A stretch of 64,000 nucleotides of DNA from Setoptus koraiensis (taxonomy: Eukaryota > Animalia > Arthropoda): assembly GCA_048013815.1 (NCBI GenBank), contig CM106585.1, forward strand, positions 2,418,001 through 2,482,000, read 5' to 3'. The position numbers and the translations under genes are program-made. Position 1 is the first letter of the stretch; every line of letters begins with the position of its first letter. Below are positions 61,652 to 64,000 of this stretch, in pieces. The notes under the pieces are model-generated. The model was not told the origin of the DNA. It searched no databases and saw only the letters and a list, made by a program, of their open reading frames with translations.

Positions 61652-62869
61652 ATGATGGAGGCGATGAAAACAGTGAGGTCATGGGTCTGCTTCAGACCAA
61701 AAGATACATTCAAAGGTAAAAGCAAGGATTTGGATAAGAAAATTGCCATGTGGATGAGACAATTCGATTCGAGCTACAAGTTACTGTTATTGGGCCCCGC
61801 GGGGGCCGGCAAGACTACAATTTTGAAACAGATGAAATTAATCCACATGGAGGGTTTCACATCTGAAGAGAGGCAACAGAGTGTCAAGGAAGTACGTACA
61901 AATCTGCTAGAGAGTGTAAGGGAGCTCACATCAAGCATAATTAAGTCAGGCTACTGTATTAACTGGGAGGACCCGGAGAACCAGAAGAGATTAGACTTCA
62001 TTAATGGTTTGAAACTCGACGATGCCACTTACAAACTGTACGCGGTTAAAATCTACGATTATACAGAACGGATTCTCACAGACAATGGGGTTGAGGAACA
62101 CTTCGCCAATCTAAATCAACTCTCATTGACGCACAGATCTAAATATCTACTTACCCGTGTAGAGCATATTCGGAATGCTAAATATGTGCCAAGTAACAAT
62201 GATATTCTCCATAGCAGGGGTAAAACATGTGATATACAAAAGATAGAATTTCAGGTGAAGATCCCTTTGAAATTTGGTTCCTTCAAACAAACATTCTCAA
62301 TGTTTGATGTAGGCGGGCAGCGCTGTGAAAGACGCAAATGGATTCAAGTGTTTGATGGTGTGACGGCGGTCATGTTCCTCATCGACAGTTCAGGTTTTGA
62401 TGCGATAGATGAGGAAAGTGGAAATAACAAAATAAAAGAGACTATGAATTTGTTTCAGGAAGTCTGGACGACTCGTTTCCTGAGAAATTCCAATTTTGTG
62501 CTCTTGTTCAACAAGCAAGATATATTACGACAGAAAATAGAACGCGGTCACAGAATTGAGGATCATTTTCCAGAGTATACCAATTATCATTGCCCGATGC
62601 AAGATGCTACATCAAGTTGCATGGATTCAAATTACATTCGGGCACGGTCCTTCATCAGGGATAAATTTTTGCAAATTACTCGACAGGCAAACGAGCCAAG
62701 AAAGTACAGTGTACCGAACTTCGTTCATATGAACAAATGTAGCCTTAAGCAGCCCAAAAGAGCTATTTGTTATCATTACACGACGGCTACCGATACAGAG
62801 AACATCAAAAATTTGTTCGATCATCTTCAGAAAATGGTGATAAAATCAGCACTTGAAGTGATGACATAG
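61652..62869 (+). CDS. Galphaf: Divergent heterotrimeric G-protein alpha subunit, Galpha-f (Gs-related) type, intronless, 405 aa
   Basis: First ATG at 61652. G boxes LLLGPAGAGKT, SRGKT, DVGGQR, NKQD and TTATD. The FQVKIP..G..KQ.F.M.DVGGQ insert and the QKMVI end resemble Drosophila Galpha-f as I recall it. Confidence 0.8.
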   Translation: MMEAMKTVRSWVCFRPKDTFKGKSKDLDKKIAMWMRQFDSSYKLLLLGPAGAGKTTILKQMKLIHMEGFTSEERQQSVKEVRTNLLESVRELTSSIIKSGYCINWEDPENQKRLDFINGLKLDDATYKLYAVKIYDYTERILTDNGVEEHFANLNQLSLTHRSKYLLTRVEHIRNAKYVPSNNDILHSRGKTCDIQKIEFQVKIPLKFGSFKQTFSMFDVGGQRCERRKWIQVFDGVTAVMFLIDSSGFDAIDEESGNNKIKETMNLFQEVWTTRFLRNSNFVLLFNKQDILRQKIERGHRIEDHFPEYTNYHCPMQDATSSCMDSNYIRARSFIRDKFLQITRQANEPRKYSVPNFVHMNKCSLKQPKRAICYHYTTATDTENIKNLFDHLQKMVIKSALEVMT

Positions 62870-63279
62870 AGGAAGAAAATCGGAGAGATTAATTATTTCA
62901 CACACATGTCGAGCGACACATTTATTCCATAGTTAATGTGCTCAAGGAGAAGTGATTCATATCTGAAGTGATATCATGATGAATACCGATATTGTTTGTC
63001 TTGGAGCTACCACTCGATATCGCTTTTTGGGAGTTGAGTCTGCAACTCAAAACATACTAATTGTTTTCTGCGTAGCTTCGCTAAGTCTTTTGACATTACA
63101 AGTATGAAATTAAATGAGGCGAAAGTTTTGTTATCAAGATGGATGCTACGATAAAGCCTGTTGCTTTTATTTGTTATTTTGCATGAATTATTCGCAACTT
63201 TTCTGGACGATTGCGATTACTCCCAGTGTATTTTCTTGATGCTATTCTATATCGAGAATCATTTGTTTATCTTTAACAA

Positions 63280-64000
63280 TCAAGAGCTGTATTCACTTTT
63301 GATAGACTTCGCTATGGTGTTGAGTTGAATATTTGATGTACCCTCGTATATTTGACCTATCTTGGAATCTCTCAAATATTTCTCGACAGGATAATCTCTG
63401 GTAAAGCCGACACCACCCATCCACTCTATGGCTTTATTGGAGGTCTCTACAGCGACTTCACTAGCGTAATACTTGGCCATGGCCGCTTCTTTCATATAAG
63501 GTAGACCTGCCTCTCTAAGCCTAGCTGCGTTATAAATAAGTAATCTTCCCATTTCAATTTTCGTCGCTATATCAGCTATCTGATGTTGCATACCTTGGAA
63601 CTCGAATATTTTCTGTTTGAATGCTGTCCTCTCTAGGGTATATCTAACAGCGTGCTCAAACGCCCCCTGGGCTAGACCAATCATTTGCGCTCCAATACCA
63701 ATACGGCCTTCGTTTAGGGTTTCGATAGCTATCTTGTAGCCTTTACCATACTCACCAAGAATACTTGTTGCCGGTACACGAACATCCTCTAAAATCACTT
63801 GACAGGTGCTTGAGGCTCTAATACCTAATTTATTTTCTGGCTTGCCTAAACTCAAGCCCTTAGTATTTCTGTCTACTATGAAGGCTGTGATGCCTTTGTA
63901 GCCAGCACTGAAATCAGCATTAGCAAATACAATGTAGACTCCAGCGTCGCCAGCATTGGTGATCCAACACTTAGAGCCATTTATAATGAAATCATTTCCA
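63280..64000 (-). CDS. ACADSB: Short/branched-chain acyl-CoA dehydrogenase, 3' part (5' end outside the window)
   Basis: Frame is open to the window edge: [92 protein letters not shown]. Confidence 0.95.
   Translation of the reverse strand, partial: GNDFIINGSKCWITNAGDAGVYIVFANADFSAGYKGITAFIVDRNTKGLSLGKPENKLGIRASSTCQVILEDVRVPATSILGEYGKGYKIAIETLNEGRIGIGAQMIGLAQGAFEHAVRYTLERTAFKQKIFEFQGMQHQIADIATKIEMGRLLIYNAARLREAGLPYMKEAAMAKYYASEVAVETSNKAIEWMGGVGFTRDYPVEKYLRDSKIGQIYEGTSNIQLNTIAKSIKSEYSS

Noticed and set aside
8708-64000. Apparent lipid-metabolism cluster (MBTPS1, GBA1, PNPLA, ACADSB)
   Set aside because: Different pathways and compartments, interspersed with unrelated genes; no evidence of functional clustering.

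Overview
Eukaryotic, gene-dense, intron-poor animal DNA. It is arthropod-like, and the compact ~100-nt introns and Asn/Thr/Ser low-complexity inserts suggest an acariform, possibly eriophyoid, mite (inference only). The supplied ORF track uses GTG/TTG starts and ignores splicing, so I rebuilt the gene models by hand; every spliced model has GT-AG introns and a length divisible by 3. Fourteen protein-coding genes: gbb/BMP5-8(-), UBE2L3(-), UBE2K(+), MBTPS1(+), glucosylceramidase(+), importin-13(-), FMO(+), TMTC2(+), a patatin lipase(-), GHITM(-), GSK3(+), NSUN4(-), a Galpha-f-like subunit(+) and ACADSB(-, partial). There is also one tRNA-Glu(TTC). Two MITE families are defined from the sequence itself. 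One is a GC-rich hAT-type element (16-bp TIR, 8-bp TSD). The other is a ~380-bp TA-flanked element. One copy of each is nested inside the UBE2L3/UBE2K divergent promoter. Other leads: a GSK3 lacking the inhibitory Ser9 motif, a Galpha with an altered P-loop and clipped C-terminus, a repeat-built uORF chain before TMTC2, and a 14-kb motif-rich region with no recognisable gene. I found no clear evidence of a wholly new multi-gene system.
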